From contig CAVVYR010000007.1 of assembly GCA_963752475.1 (NCBI GenBank), positions 576,001 through 640,000 on the forward strand: 64,000 nucleotides of DNA. Direction: 5' to 3'. A program made the position numbers and the translations under genes. How positions within the stretch are numbered: position 1 is the first letter of the stretch; the number at the start of each line of letters is the position of its first letter. This document shows, in pieces, positions 38,403-48,088 of this stretch. Below the pieces are notes generated by a model, which was given only the letters and a program-made list of their open reading frames with translations, was not told the origin of the DNA and searched no databases. The DNA comes from an uncultured Chloroflexia bacterium (GTDB lineage Bacteria > Chloroflexota > Limnocylindria > Limnocylindrales > CSP1-4).

Positions 38403-39935
38403 TCACTTGGCGTACTCGACCGAGCGTGTCTCGCGGATGACCGTGACCTTGATCTGGCCCGGGTAGGTCAGCGTCTCCTCGATCTGGTGCACGATGTCCC
38501 GTGCGAGGCGGCCCGATGCGAGGTCGTCGATCTCGTCCGGCCGGACCAGGATGCGGACCTCTCGGCCGGCCTGTACGGCGAACGACTTCTCCACGCCGGG
38601 GAAGCCTTCGGCGATCTCCTGCAGGTCTGTGAGCCGCTTCATGTAGGTATCGGTGGACTCACCACGGGCGCCGGGGCGCGATGCGCTGATGGCGTCAGCG
38701 ATCTGGACGATGGGCGCCTCCTGGCAGTCGTAGTCGACCTCCTGGTGGTGCGCCGCGATGGCGTTGACGGCCTTGGGCGAGAGCCTGTGCTTGGCCGCGA
38801 TCTCGGCACCGATGGCCGCGTGCGGCCCCTCGACCTCGTGGTCGATGGCCTTGCCCATGTCGTGAAGCAGGCCGCCGAGCTTGGCTGCCTGAACGTCGGC
38901 GCCGAGCTCCTCGGCGATGACGCCGGCCAGCATCGACGTCTCCTTGCAGTGGTTGAGCACGCTCTGTCCGAACGAGGTGCGGTACCTCAGCCGGCCGAGC
39001 AAGGTCAGGATCTCGGCGGGCAGGCCCGGCACGCCGCAGTCGTACGCGGCTGACTCGCCGGCTTCGCGGATGACCACGTCGACCTCGGCCTGGGCCTTGT
39101 TGACGACATCCTCGATGCGGCCGGGATGGATGCGGCCATCCTGGACCAGCTTGGTCAGCGCGAGCCGCGCGACCTCACGTCGGACGGGATCGAAGCCGCT
39201 GAGCATGACCGAGTCCGGCGTGTCGTCGATGATCAGGTCGACGCCGGTGGCCTGCTCGAGCGCGCGGATGTTGCGGCCCTCGCGGCCGATGATGCGGCCC
39301 TTCATCTCGTCGGACGGGATGGGCACGGTGGTGACCGTGGCCTCCGCGGTGTGGTCGACCATCACGCGCTGGATGGCGGTGATGACGACGTCGCGGGCCT
39401 TGTCCTCCGCCCCTTCCTTGGCCGAGCGCTCGATGGCTCGGAAGAGGCGCACGGAGTCCTTCTCCGCCTCCTCGCGAACCTCCTCCACGAGCTTGGACTT
39501 GGCCTCCTCGGCCGACAGGCCGCTGACGCGCTCGAGCGCGGCGACCTGCTCCGCCTTGGCGGCGTTCAGCTCAGCGCGCTGGTTGTCGAGCTCCTGTTCG
39601 CGGATCAACAGCTTGCGGTCGCGTTCCTCGAGCATGTCGGTGCGCTGATCGAGCTGCTCGTCACGCTGCAGCAGGCGTCGCTCGAGGTTCTGCAGGTCGA
39701 CGCGCTTGGCTCGGCCCTCCTCGTCCACCTCGCGCTGGATCTTGACCTGTTCTTCCTTGGCCTGGAGGATGAGTTCCTTCTGCTGGGCTCGCGCTTCGGC
39801 CACGATGCGCTCGGACTTCTCGTTCGCGGCCTTGATGGCCTGGTTCGCGACCATGCCGCGCGCGAAGAATCCGACAAGGAGCCCGCCGACGACCGCCAAT
39901 ACGATGACGACCGCCATGACGACGGGTTCGTTCAA
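38403..39935 (-). CDS. rny: Ribonuclease Y
   Basis: N-terminal TM helix, coiled coil, KH (KGRIIGREGRNIR), HD (LLHDMGK), ADAISASRPGAR. Confidence 0.97.
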   Translation of the reverse strand: MNEPVVMAVVIVLAVVGGLLVGFFARGMVANQAIKAANEKSERIVAEARAQQKELILQAKEEQVKIQREVDEEGRAKRVDLQNLERRLLQRDEQLDQRTDMLEERDRKLLIREQELDNQRAELNAAKAEQVAALERVSGLSAEEAKSKLVEEVREEAEKDSVRLFRAIERSAKEGAEDKARDVVITAIQRVMVDHTAEATVTTVPIPSDEMKGRIIGREGRNIRALEQATGVDLIIDDTPDSVMLSGFDPVRREVARLALTKLVQDGRIHPGRIEDVVNKAQAEVDVVIREAGESAAYDCGVPGLPAEILTLLGRLRYRTSFGQSVLNHCKETSMLAGVIAEELGADVQAAKLGGLLHDMGKAIDHEVEGPHAAIGAEIAAKHRLSPKAVNAIAAHHQEVDYDCQEAPIVQIADAISASRPGARGESTDTYMKRLTDLQEIAEGFPGVEKSFAVQAGREVRILVRPDEIDDLASGRLARDIVHQIEETLTYPGQIKVTVIRETRSVEYAK

Positions 39936-40090
39936 TTCTGCCTCCCGTCCGACCCGAGGGGCCGGAGGTAAATCAAGCTCTGTGGGTACGCCACCGCGAA
40001 GTGGCTGAGCGGCCTTACTCCCTTTGGCGCCGCTCGACCTGAACGGTCAGGTTAACCCTAGCGGTGCCCGGACAGGAGCGTCAAACACCC
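39924..40090 (-). ncRNA. Structured RNA between recX and rny (6S RNA candidate or rny leader)
   Basis: Long-range stem 40069-40078 with 39942-39951 encloses three hairpins; 6S RNA genes are often found upstream of rny. Confidence 0.4.
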
Positions 40091-40097
40091 CTGATGC

Positions 40098-40685
40098 CTA
40101 CTCCGGCTCGTCCTGCGCGACGGTCGAGGCGACCTCGTGGCAGACGTCCGGGCCGAAGCCGTTGCGGGCCAGGAGGGCGTACGCCTTCTGGCGCCGCCGG
40201 CGGGGATCGGACTCTCGTCGGAGGCTGGATGCGCGACGTTCGATGAGGTGGAACGCAGCGGTGCGATCGGGGTCTCCCGGTCCCTGGTCTGGTCCTGGAT
40301 CGGCGGCAGCCGCGGTGGCGGCCCGCTCGTCGAGCACGCCGCCGATGACGTCGTCCGGCACGCCCTTGCGCTGAAGCTCGCGCCGCAGGGCCACCGCGCC
40401 CCTCGGGCGGGCTCGATCACGGGATTCCACCCAGGCACGGGCGAACGCCTCGTCATCGAGATACCCGATCTCGCTGAGGCGTGCCACGACCTGCTCCACG
40501 ATGGCTGCGGGATAACCGAGGTGCACGAGGCGCTTGCGGGTCTCGTCCACGGACCGTGAGCGGACGGCCAGGAAGGCCGCCGCGGCCTCCATCACCGCAT
40601 CCGGTTCGGTGACCGCGGCGCGTCGAGCACGCCGTGCCTCGGCCGCCTCGCGGCGCTCTTGGGGCGTGCGTGCTCGATAGGCCAA
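40098..40685 (-). CDS. recX: Regulatory protein RecX
   Basis: FLAVRSRS, GYLDDEAFA, RGAVALRRELQRKGV, LARNGF; directly downstream of recA. Confidence 0.88.
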   Translation of the reverse strand: MAYRARTPQERREAAEARRARRAAVTEPDAVMEAAAAFLAVRSRSVDETRKRLVHLGYPAAIVEQVVARLSEIGYLDDEAFARAWVESRDRARPRGAVALRRELQRKGVPDDVIGGVLDERAATAAAADPGPDQGPGDPDRTAAFHLIERRASSLRRESDPRRRRQKAYALLARNGFGPDVCHEVASTVAQDEPE

Positions 40686-41771
40686 CTACTCGGCCTCTTT
40701 GATGCCCTCCACGGGGACGTCGATGTCGGCGACCTTGGCGCGGATCTGGGTCTCGAGTTGCTGCGCGATGTCCTGGTTGTTGCGCAGGAACTCCTTGGAC
40801 TGCTCGCGGCCCTGGCCCAGGCGGGTGTCGCCGTAGTTGAACCAGGCGCCGGACTTCGACACCACGTCGCTGGCCACACCGACGTCCAGCAGACCGCCCT
40901 CACGGGAGATGCCGGTGCCGTACATGACGTCGAACTCGGCCACGCGGAACGGTGCCGCGACCTTGTTCTTGACGACCTTCACACGAGCGCGGATACCGAT
41001 GGCGGCCTGGCCCTGCTTGATGGTCTCGATGCGGCGGATATCCAGCCGGACGCTGGAGTAGAACTTCAGCGCGCGACCACCGGGCGTGGTCTCCGGGCTG
41101 CCGAACATCACGCCGATCTTCTCGCGCAGCTGGTTGGTGAAGATGAGCGCGGTGTTGGACCGGCTGACGGCGCCCGTGAGCTTGCGCAGTGCCTGGCTCA
41201 TCAGTCGCGCCTGGATGCCCACGAAGGAATCACCCATCTCTCCTTCGATCTCCGCTCGCGGCACGAGCGCGGCCACGGAGTCGACGACGACCGCGTCCAC
41301 ACCACCCGAGCGGATGAGGGTCTCAGCGATCTCGAGTGCCTGCTCGCCGGTGTCCGGCTGGCTCACGAGGAGGTTGTCGACATCTACGCCGCAGGCGCGG
41401 GCGTAGGCCGGGTCGAGCGCGTGCTCGACGTCGATGAAGGCCACGACTCCGCCGAGCTTCTGGGCTTCCGCGAGCACGTGCTGACAGACGGTCGTCTTGC
41501 CTGACGACTCGGGGCCGAAGATCTCCGTGATGCGGCCGCGCGGGATACCGCCCACGCCGAGGGCCAGATCGAGCGCGATCGAACCGGTAGGGATGCTATC
41601 TACCTGCTGGTGCGTGTCCGAACCGAGGCGCATGATCGAGCCCTGCCCGAACTGCTTCTCGATGGACGAGATGGCAGCGGCGACTGCCTGTTTGCGCTCC
41701 TTGCCCTGGGCGTCTGCGTTCTTACCGATGTCGTTTCTCCCGGTCGACCGACCGGCGCTGGTGACGGTCAT
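40686..41771 (-). CDS. recA: Recombinase RecA
   Basis: [37 protein letters not shown]. Confidence 0.98.
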   Translation of the reverse strand: MTVTSAGRSTGRNDIGKNADAQGKERKQAVAAAISSIEKQFGQGSIMRLGSDTHQQVDSIPTGSIALDLALGVGGIPRGRITEIFGPESSGKTTVCQHVLAEAQKLGGVVAFIDVEHALDPAYARACGVDVDNLLVSQPDTGEQALEIAETLIRSGGVDAVVVDSVAALVPRAEIEGEMGDSFVGIQARLMSQALRKLTGAVSRSNTALIFTNQLREKIGVMFGSPETTPGGRALKFYSSVRLDIRRIETIKQGQAAIGIRARVKVVKNKVAAPFRVAEFDVMYGTGISREGGLLDVGVASDVVSKSGAWFNYGDTRLGQGREQSKEFLRNNQDIAQQLETQIRAKVADIDVPVEGIKEAE

Positions 41772-41821
41772 GCCAGTTCTCCTTCATGGCTGTCACCCGA
41801 GAGCCGGTCTGGCGAGTGGCC

Positions 41822-41980
41822 CTACTCCGGCCACTCCTCCTCGACCTTCGGCTTCCGCTTCGGCTTGATCACCTCGACGGTCGGCATCGGTGGCTGGGAG
41901 AGCGGCTCGATGGACGCTTTCGCCTTCTTCGACTTCTTGGGCTTCTTCGCTTCGCGGCGGGAGGGGACTTTTCCTGCCAT
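41822..41980 (-). CDS. Small Lys-rich protein, 52 aa (below the ORF-track cutoff)
   Basis: MAGKVPSRREAKKPKKSKKAKASIEPLSQPPMPTVEVIKPKRKPKVEEEWPE; GGAGG/GAGG upstream; AAG-biased Lys codons. Confidence 0.7.
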   Translation of the reverse strand: MAGKVPSRREAKKPKKSKKAKASIEPLSQPPMPTVEVIKPKRKPKVEEEWPE

Positions 41981-42027
41981 GTTCCTCGCGCCTCCATCTG
42001 GTGCCGCCTAGTCTGGGCGGCGGGGTT

Positions 42028-43215
42028 TCACTCGGACTTCACCCTCCCTTCGTCACGACTGTCAGCGCCGTTCGTGCCAGCTCTGTTGGCACGAAGCTGT
42101 CGCATCGTCTGGGGGAAGGTGCCGGTCCGGATCGCGGTCCGGATCTTGGCCATGAAGTCTAGGGTGAAGGTCAGGTTGTGACAAGTTGCGAGGCGATACC
42201 CGAGCATCTCGTCCGCCCGAAGCAGGTGGGCCAGGTAGGCCCGCGAGAACGAGCGGCAGAGTCGGCACGGGCATTCCTCCTGGACCGGCCGCGGATCGTC
42301 GAGGAAGCGCGCGTTGCGCATGTTCAGCCGGCCTTGCGGGACCCACAGCGTGGCGTTGCGCGCGACCCGTGCGGGCAGCACCGAGTCGAACATGTCCACG
42401 CCCGCATCGACCGCATCGAGCAGGTCCATCGGCGAGCCGAGCCCCATGAGGTAGCGCGGCCGTGGATCGTCCTCCAGCAGCGGCACCACGACATCGAGCG
42501 CAGCCCGGCGCTCGGCAGCCGACTCGTCCCCGGCCAGTCCGCCGATGCAGAGGCCATCGAAGGGCAGCGCCGCGATGGCCGCTGTCGACTCCGCCCGCAG
42601 GTCCGCCGCGAGGCCGCCCTGGATGATCCCGAACAGCGCCTGGTCCGGTCGCCTGTGGGCTTCGAGGCAGCGTGCCGCCCAACGATGAGTACGGGCGGTG
42701 GCCTCGGCCACCTCCCCGCGAGTGGAGGATCCCGGCGGCACCGGCTGGTCCAGGCAGACCGCGATATCAGACCCCAACGCCTCCTGGATGGCGATGGCAT
42801 GCTCTGGCGTGTAGTCGATGAGCGCACCGTCGAGGTGTGAGCGGAAACGCACGCCGTCCTCGGTGATCCTGCGCAGATCGCCGAGGCTGACGACCTGGAA
42901 GCCACCGGAGTCGGTCAGGATCGGCCGGTCCCAGTTCATGAACCGGTGCAGGCCGCCGAGGTCACGGATGCGCTCGTGGCCGGGGCGGACGGAGAGGTGG
43001 TACGTGTTCGAGAGGATGATCTGGGCACCGACCTCGTGGAGGTCGTCCGGATCGAGGGCCTTGACCGTGGCGTTGGTGCCCACGGGCATGAAGATGGGCG
43101 TCTCCACGAGACCGTGCGGCGTCTCCAGGCGCCCGGCACGTGCCCGGGTCCCCTCGCCTGCCGGATGTGTGACCTCGAAGCTGATGGGCGAGGTCCGACG
43201 CTCGACCGCCGTCAC
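42028..43215 (-). CDS. tgt: tRNA-guanine transglycosylase
   Basis: TPIFMPVGT, SNTYHL, TDSGGFQ, RYLMGLG, DMFDSV, CPCRLC Zn site; GTGA overlap with the permease. Confidence 0.95.
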   Translation of the reverse strand: MTAVERRTSPISFEVTHPAGEGTRARAGRLETPHGLVETPIFMPVGTNATVKALDPDDLHEVGAQIILSNTYHLSVRPGHERIRDLGGLHRFMNWDRPILTDSGGFQVVSLGDLRRITEDGVRFRSHLDGALIDYTPEHAIAIQEALGSDIAVCLDQPVPPGSSTRGEVAEATARTHRWAARCLEAHRRPDQALFGIIQGGLAADLRAESTAAIAALPFDGLCIGGLAGDESAAERRAALDVVVPLLEDDPRPRYLMGLGSPMDLLDAVDAGVDMFDSVLPARVARNATLWVPQGRLNMRNARFLDDPRPVQEECPCRLCRSFSRAYLAHLLRADEMLGYRLATCHNLTFTLDFMAKIRTAIRTGTFPQTMRQLRANRAGTNGADSRDEGRVKSE

Positions 43216-44030
43216 TGCGTGATCTGCGCCCGGCGAGCCGCCAGCGCGGCAAGCAGCAGCGCAGCCACGATGTAGCCGACCGACCAGAGCACCGCCGTAT
43301 TCGCCCCCAGCGTGGGGACCGCGTCGCCGAATCCGCCGTCGGTCAGTTCGTCCGTGGTGGCGATGACGGCGCTCGAGACCGAATACGGGAAGTACATCAG
43401 GACCTCGTCCAGCGTGGGCACGAGGCGCAGGAACGTCTCCGCGAAGTAGAGCGCGATGGCGGCGCCGATGCCCGCCAGCTGGCTCTTGAAGATCATGGCG
43501 ATGGCGAAGCCGATGGCGCCTGCCTGGGCCACGCCCAGCCACGTCCGGCCAAGGAGCTCGGGCAGCGTCGCGAGGGTGTCCGGGTCAGTAGCGCCGTCCG
43601 TGCTCACGCCGCCGATGTTGGCGGCCAGGAGCGCGGCGCCGACGCCGATGGCGAACGACGCCACCACGCCCAGCAGCAGGACGAGTCCGATCGCGAGGTA
43701 CGTCACGACCGTGTAGCGCACGCGGCTCTCGCCACGGGCGATGACCGCACGGATGGTGCCCCAGCCCCAGTCGGCACCGATGACCGCTGCGGCGTAGGCC
43801 GCAGCCAGCAGGCCGCCGAAGCTGAGCACGAAGCCCGCCAGCAAGGTGTAGGCCGTGGGGAAGCGCAACAGCACCTGGATCTGGAGCTCTTCCATGGCTT
43901 CACCGGTCTGGCCCACAGAGAAGCCCAGCGCCAGGAAGAAGAGCACGAGGATGGCCGCGAGGATGGCGAAGACGATGTAGGTCGCTGGTCGGCGGACGAG
44001 CTTGAGCAGCGACATGCGCAGCAGTGCCAT
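43212..44030 (-). CDS. ABC-2-type transporter permease
   Basis: About six TM helices; DWGWGTIRAVIARG motif. Confidence 0.82.
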   Translation of the reverse strand: MALLRMSLLKLVRRPATYIVFAILAAILVLFFLALGFSVGQTGEAMEELQIQVLLRFPTAYTLLAGFVLSFGGLLAAAYAAAVIGADWGWGTIRAVIARGESRVRYTVVTYLAIGLVLLLGVVASFAIGVGAALLAANIGGVSTDGATDPDTLATLPELLGRTWLGVAQAGAIGFAIAMIFKSQLAGIGAAIALYFAETFLRLVPTLDEVLMYFPYSVSSAVIATTDELTDGGFGDAVPTLGANTAVLWSVGYIVAALLLAALAARRAQITQ

Positions 44031-45022
44031 CAGCCGCGCTCCCCCCACCCGCTGTCGGCGGTCGTCGCCGCTGCCGGTGACGTGGCCGTGAGCGAGAGGA
44101 AGATCGACTCGAGGTCACTACCGGACTCGATGGCGCTGGCGTAGATGCCGGCCGCCGCAAGGGAGTAGTTGACCTCCGAGGCGCGCGTGGGGTCGATGCG
44201 GACGTCGAGCCAGCTGAGCCCGGGCGTCTCTGCGGGACGTGCCTCGACCGGGGCCCCCAGTGCGCCGAGCGCGGCCATCGCCGGCTGCAGCTCCACCTCC
44301 TGGACACGGGCCTTGACGTGTCCACCCTCGTTGAGCAGATCGCCGAGGTTGCCCTCACGGATGAGCCGCCCGCCGTTGACGATGCCCACGACGTCGGCCA
44401 GCTGCTGGACCTCCGGCAGGATGTGGCTGGAGACGAAGACGGTCTTGCCCTGTCGTGTCAGGTGCCGGAGCGTCTGACGCATGGCCACGATACCGCCGGG
44501 GTCGAGGCCGTTGGCCGGCTCGTCGAGTAGTAGTAGCTGCGGGTCTGAGAGGAGTGCCGCGGCGATGCCGAGCCGCTGCTTCATGCCCAGCGAGTAGCGG
44601 CCTGCCTTGTCCCGGCCACGATCAGCGAGGCCCACGAGGGCCAACACTTCGTCCACACGCGAGGCGGACACGCGGGCACCTGAGGCCGCCAGCGCCCGCA
44701 GGTTGTCACGGCCCGAGAGGTAGTCGTAGAAGACGGGCGACTCGACCAGGGCACCCACGTCATGGAGCAGGTCGCGCTGGCGCCAGGTGTACGGCTGGCC
44801 GAGGATCTCGATGTGGCCGGCATCGGGGCGGATGAGCCCGACGAGCAGGCGCATGAGCGTGGTCTTGCCCGCGCCGTTGGGGCCGAGGAAGCCGTAGACC
44901 ACGCCGCGAGGCACCGCCAGATCGAGCCCCTGCAGGGCAGGCCGGGAGCCGTAGTGCTTGACCAGGCCTTGGGTTCGCAGCGCGAAGCCACCGGCCGGAG
45001 GCACCGTGACCGTCGCCGTCAC
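44030..45022 (-). CDS. ABC transporter ATP-binding protein (exporter type)
   Basis: [34 protein letters not shown]. Confidence 0.92.
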   Translation of the reverse strand: MTATVTVPPAGGFALRTQGLVKHYGSRPALQGLDLAVPRGVVYGFLGPNGAGKTTLMRLLVGLIRPDAGHIEILGQPYTWRQRDLLHDVGALVESPVFYDYLSGRDNLRALAASGARVSASRVDEVLALVGLADRGRDKAGRYSLGMKQRLGIAAALLSDPQLLLLDEPANGLDPGGIVAMRQTLRHLTRQGKTVFVSSHILPEVQQLADVVGIVNGGRLIREGNLGDLLNEGGHVKARVQEVELQPAMAALGALGAPVEARPAETPGLSWLDVRIDPTRASEVNYSLAAAGIYASAIESGSDLESIFLSLTATSPAAATTADSGWGERG

Positions 45023-46116
45023 GCCTGCGCCTCCGCTTCTGTCCGGCCTTCGCTGGTGACGCCGTCCCAGAGGCCCGGGTCTTCGCGCTCGGCACGCCGC
45101 GGCGGTGGGACCTCGTAGCCCATCACGCGCAGGTGCTCCCGCGCGAGCTCCGTGGCCACACGGCCCTGCGGAGTGCGATCGAGGAACCCGAGCTGCAGCA
45201 GGAAGGGCTCGTAGACGTCCTCGACGGTCTCCACGGACTCGCCGATGACGGCTGCGATGGCCGCGCCGCCGACGGGCCCCGAACCGAACTTCTGGATGAT
45301 GGCCGCAAGCAGCCGACGATCGGTGGTGTCCAGGCCGGCATCGTCGATGTCCAGCGCGGCCATGGCCGCCTCCGCCTGGTCTTGCGTGATGCGGCCATCG
45401 CCCTTGACCTGGGCGTGGTCTCGCGTGCGACGCAACAACCGGTTGATGACGCGCGGCGTGCCACGGCCGCGCGAGGCCAGCATCTGGACGGCAACCTCGT
45501 CGATCTCCACGTCGAGGATGCTGGCCGAACGGCGCGCGATCTCGGCGAGCTCATCATCCGCGTAGTAGTCGAGGCGGTAGACGGCGCCGAAGCGATCGCG
45601 CAGTGGGGCCCCGATGCGGCCGGCACGGGTGGTGGCGCCGACGACGGTGAAGGGCTTCAGCGAGAGTCGCAGCGAGCGAGCGCTGGGGCCACGGCCGATC
45701 ATGACGTCGATGGCGAAGTCCTCCATCGCCGGATAGAGGATCTCCTCCACCGAGTGGTTGAGCCGGTGGATCTCATCGATGAAGAGGACGTCGCGCTCCT
45801 CGATGTTGGTGAGGATGGCGGCCAGATCGCCGGGGCGCTCGATAGCGGGACCGCTGGTGGTGTGGATGTTCACGCCCAGCTCGCGGGCGACGATGTTGGC
45901 CAGGGTGGTCTTGCCCAGGCCCGGCGGACCGTAGAGCAGCACGTGGTCCGCGGCCTCTTCGCGCTTGTTGGCTGCGGCCAACAAGATGGCCAGGTTGTCC
46001 TTGACCTGCGTCTGCCCGATGTACTCCTCGAGCTGACGCGGCCGCAGCGACGACTCGACGGTGTTCTCCTCGAGAGCCTCTACCTCAGGCGAGACCGGTC
46101 GCGCGTCGTCATCCAT
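45019..46116 (-). CDS. ruvB: Holliday junction helicase RuvB
   Basis: [35 protein letters not shown]. Confidence 0.97.
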   Translation of the reverse strand: MDDDARPVSPEVEALEENTVESSLRPRQLEEYIGQTQVKDNLAILLAAANKREEAADHVLLYGPPGLGKTTLANIVARELGVNIHTTSGPAIERPGDLAAILTNIEERDVLFIDEIHRLNHSVEEILYPAMEDFAIDVMIGRGPSARSLRLSLKPFTVVGATTRAGRIGAPLRDRFGAVYRLDYYADDELAEIARRSASILDVEIDEVAVQMLASRGRGTPRVINRLLRRTRDHAQVKGDGRITQDQAEAAMAALDIDDAGLDTTDRRLLAAIIQKFGSGPVGGAAIAAVIGESVETVEDVYEPFLLQLGFLDRTPQGRVATELAREHLRVMGYEVPPPRRAEREDPGLWDGVTSEGRTEAEAQA

Positions 46117-46124
46117 CGGGTTCG

Positions 46125-46162
46125 AGTCTAGCAGAGGATCGCGGATAATGGAACAGACGTTC
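46125..46162 (-). promoter_or_regulatory. Internal ruvB promoter overlapped by a LexA (GAAC-N4-GTTC) SOS box
   Basis: GAACagacGTTC at 46151-46162; TTCCAT-17 bp-TAGACT with extended TG on the minus strand. Confidence 0.7.
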
Positions 46163-46740
46163 TACTGCCGCAGGCTGCCCAGGGCTTCCTTGACCCGGTC
46201 CTCGAGCGAGGCGTCCGGCGGCAGCGCGGCCACTGCTTCGCGGGCCACATCGCGGCCCTCTCGCGAGCTGTAGCCGAGGGCTTCGAGCGCGGCCACGACT
46301 TCGGCCTCACCGCCCCCATCGCTGGTGGCGGCGGTGCCCGCGGCGTCGACCTTCTCCTTGAGCTCCAGCACGATGCGTCCGGCGAGGCGCTTGCCCACCC
46401 CGGAGACGGCGGTCAGCACCGCGTCGTCGCCCTGCAGGATGGCCAACTGCAGATCGGCCACCGGTCGCGACGAGACGATGGCCAGGCCGACCTTGGGGCC
46501 GACACCGCTGACGGTCGTGATGAGCTCGAAGAACGCCAGCTCCTCGGTCGTCCTGAAGCCGTAGAGGGCTTGCACGTCCTCACGCACGAGATGGTGCGTA
46601 TGCAGCTTCACGCGCTGCCCGGTGGAGACGCCAGCCAAGGTGGCCGGTCCGAGGTAGACGCGATAGCCGACGCCGTTGACCTCGAGCACGACGTCGGTGC
46701 CGCTGACCTGGGTGATGGCCCCGTCGAGCGAGGCGATCAT
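46162..46740 (-). CDS. ruvA: Holliday junction DNA-binding protein RuvA
   Basis: MIASLDG, VNGVGY, LYGF, VSGVGPK, ALEALGY. Confidence 0.95.
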   Translation of the reverse strand: MIASLDGAITQVSGTDVVLEVNGVGYRVYLGPATLAGVSTGQRVKLHTHHLVREDVQALYGFRTTEELAFFELITTVSGVGPKVGLAIVSSRPVADLQLAILQGDDAVLTAVSGVGKRLAGRIVLELKEKVDAAGTAATSDGGGEAEVVAALEALGYSSREGRDVAREAVAALPPDASLEDRVKEALGSLRQ

Positions 46741-47228
46741 GCGTGGACCGCCTTGTCCGGCGTCACCGCGTGCGCCGTGCACACGGCCACCGCGAGGGCA
46801 TCGGCCGCGTCGTCGGGTTTGGGCAGCTCCTTCATCGAGAGCACCAGCTGGACCATGCGCTGGACCTGGTCCTTGGGTGCGCGGCCGTAGCCGGTGACGG
46901 CCATCTTGACCTCGTGTGGTCCGTACTCGAGCACCGGCAGGCCGTGCTGGGCGGCTGTGAGCAGGACCACGCCGCGAGCCTGGCCCACGGCCATGGCCGT
47001 CTGCACGTTCTTGTTGAAGAAGAGTCGCTCCACGCCCACGGCCTCCGGGCGGTACGTCTCGATGAGGTCGTCGATGCCCTCGTGGATGAGGAGCAGGCGC
47101 CCCGAAAGCGGTCGGTCGTTGATGGTCTCGAGGCAGCCGTAGTCGAGCATGGTCAACTGGCTCCCCTGCCGTTCGACGACGCCGTATCCGAGACGGGCGG
47201 TGCCGGGGTCGATCCCCAGCACGATCAC
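46737..47228 (-). CDS. ruvC: Crossover junction endodeoxyribonuclease RuvC
   Basis: [27 protein letters not shown]. Confidence 0.96.
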   Translation of the reverse strand: MIVLGIDPGTARLGYGVVERQGSQLTMLDYGCLETINDRPLSGRLLLIHEGIDDLIETYRPEAVGVERLFFNKNVQTAMAVGQARGVVLLTAAQHGLPVLEYGPHEVKMAVTGYGRAPKDQVQRMVQLVLSMKELPKPDDAADALAVAVCTAHAVTPDKAVHA

Positions 47229-47977
47229 GAGTCGGCGGCCTCGGCCAGGATCTCGTCGGGCAGCTCGAAGTTCGCGGTCACACGCTGGACGTCATCGCTG
47301 TCCTCGAGGGCTTCGATGAGCTTGAGGTTGGAGCGAGCCTTGTCGATCTCTACCTCGATGGGGGTGGTGGCCACCATGGCCAGCTCGGCCGAGTCGATCT
47401 TCACGCCCGCACTCTCGAGCGCTGCCTGCACGCTCATCAGGTCGGTCGGCTCCGTAGCGATCTCGAGGGGATCGGCTTCCGCGTCGACGTCGGAAGCACC
47501 CGCATCGATGGCCGCGAGGGCGATGTCATCGGGGTCGCCGGCGCCAGCCTCGACGCTGATCAGGCCACGCTGCTCGAACTGCCAGGCCACGCTGCCCTGC
47601 CCTGCCAGCTGGCCGCCGGCCTTGGAGAAGATGGAACGCACCTCGGCGGCCGTGCGATTCTTGTTGTCGGTGGCCGTCTCCACGACGAGCGCCACGCCGC
47701 CGGGACCGTAGCCCTCGTAGGTGATCTCCTCGTACTCGATGGCCTTGTCGCCGCCTGTCGCGCGTTCGATGGCGCGCTTGATGTTGTCCGCCGGCATGTT
47801 GGCGACGCGAGCCTTGTCGACCGCGAGCCTGAGGCGGTAGTTCGCGTCCAGGTCCCCGCCTCCTTCGCGGGCCGCGATGCTGATCTCCTTACCCAGCTTG
47901 GTGAACAGCGCACCACGCTTGGCGTCGTTGGCGCCCTTCTGGCGCTTGATGGTTGACCACTTGGAATGTCCGGACAT
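47225..47977 (-). CDS. yebC: YebC/PmpR-family protein
   Basis: [26 protein letters not shown]. Confidence 0.95.
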   Translation of the reverse strand: MSGHSKWSTIKRQKGANDAKRGALFTKLGKEISIAAREGGGDLDANYRLRLAVDKARVANMPADNIKRAIERATGGDKAIEYEEITYEGYGPGGVALVVETATDNKNRTAAEVRSIFSKAGGQLAGQGSVAWQFEQRGLISVEAGAGDPDDIALAAIDAGASDVDAEADPLEIATEPTDLMSVQAALESAGVKIDSAELAMVATTPIEVEIDKARSNLKLIEALEDSDDVQRVTANFELPDEILAEAADS

Positions 47978-48088
47978 GACTCAAGGATTCTATATGATGG
48001 TCGCTACGAACCCGACTCGGTCGGCCCGAGGGACGAGGCCAGCCCAGATGCCTCCGCCGACCCCACTCGCCAATAGGGAGGTCAGCGC

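Noticed and set aside
43212-45022. ABC transporter as a queuine importer
   Set aside because: ABC-2 exporter-type architecture with no substrate-binding protein; only adjacency to tgt supports the idea.
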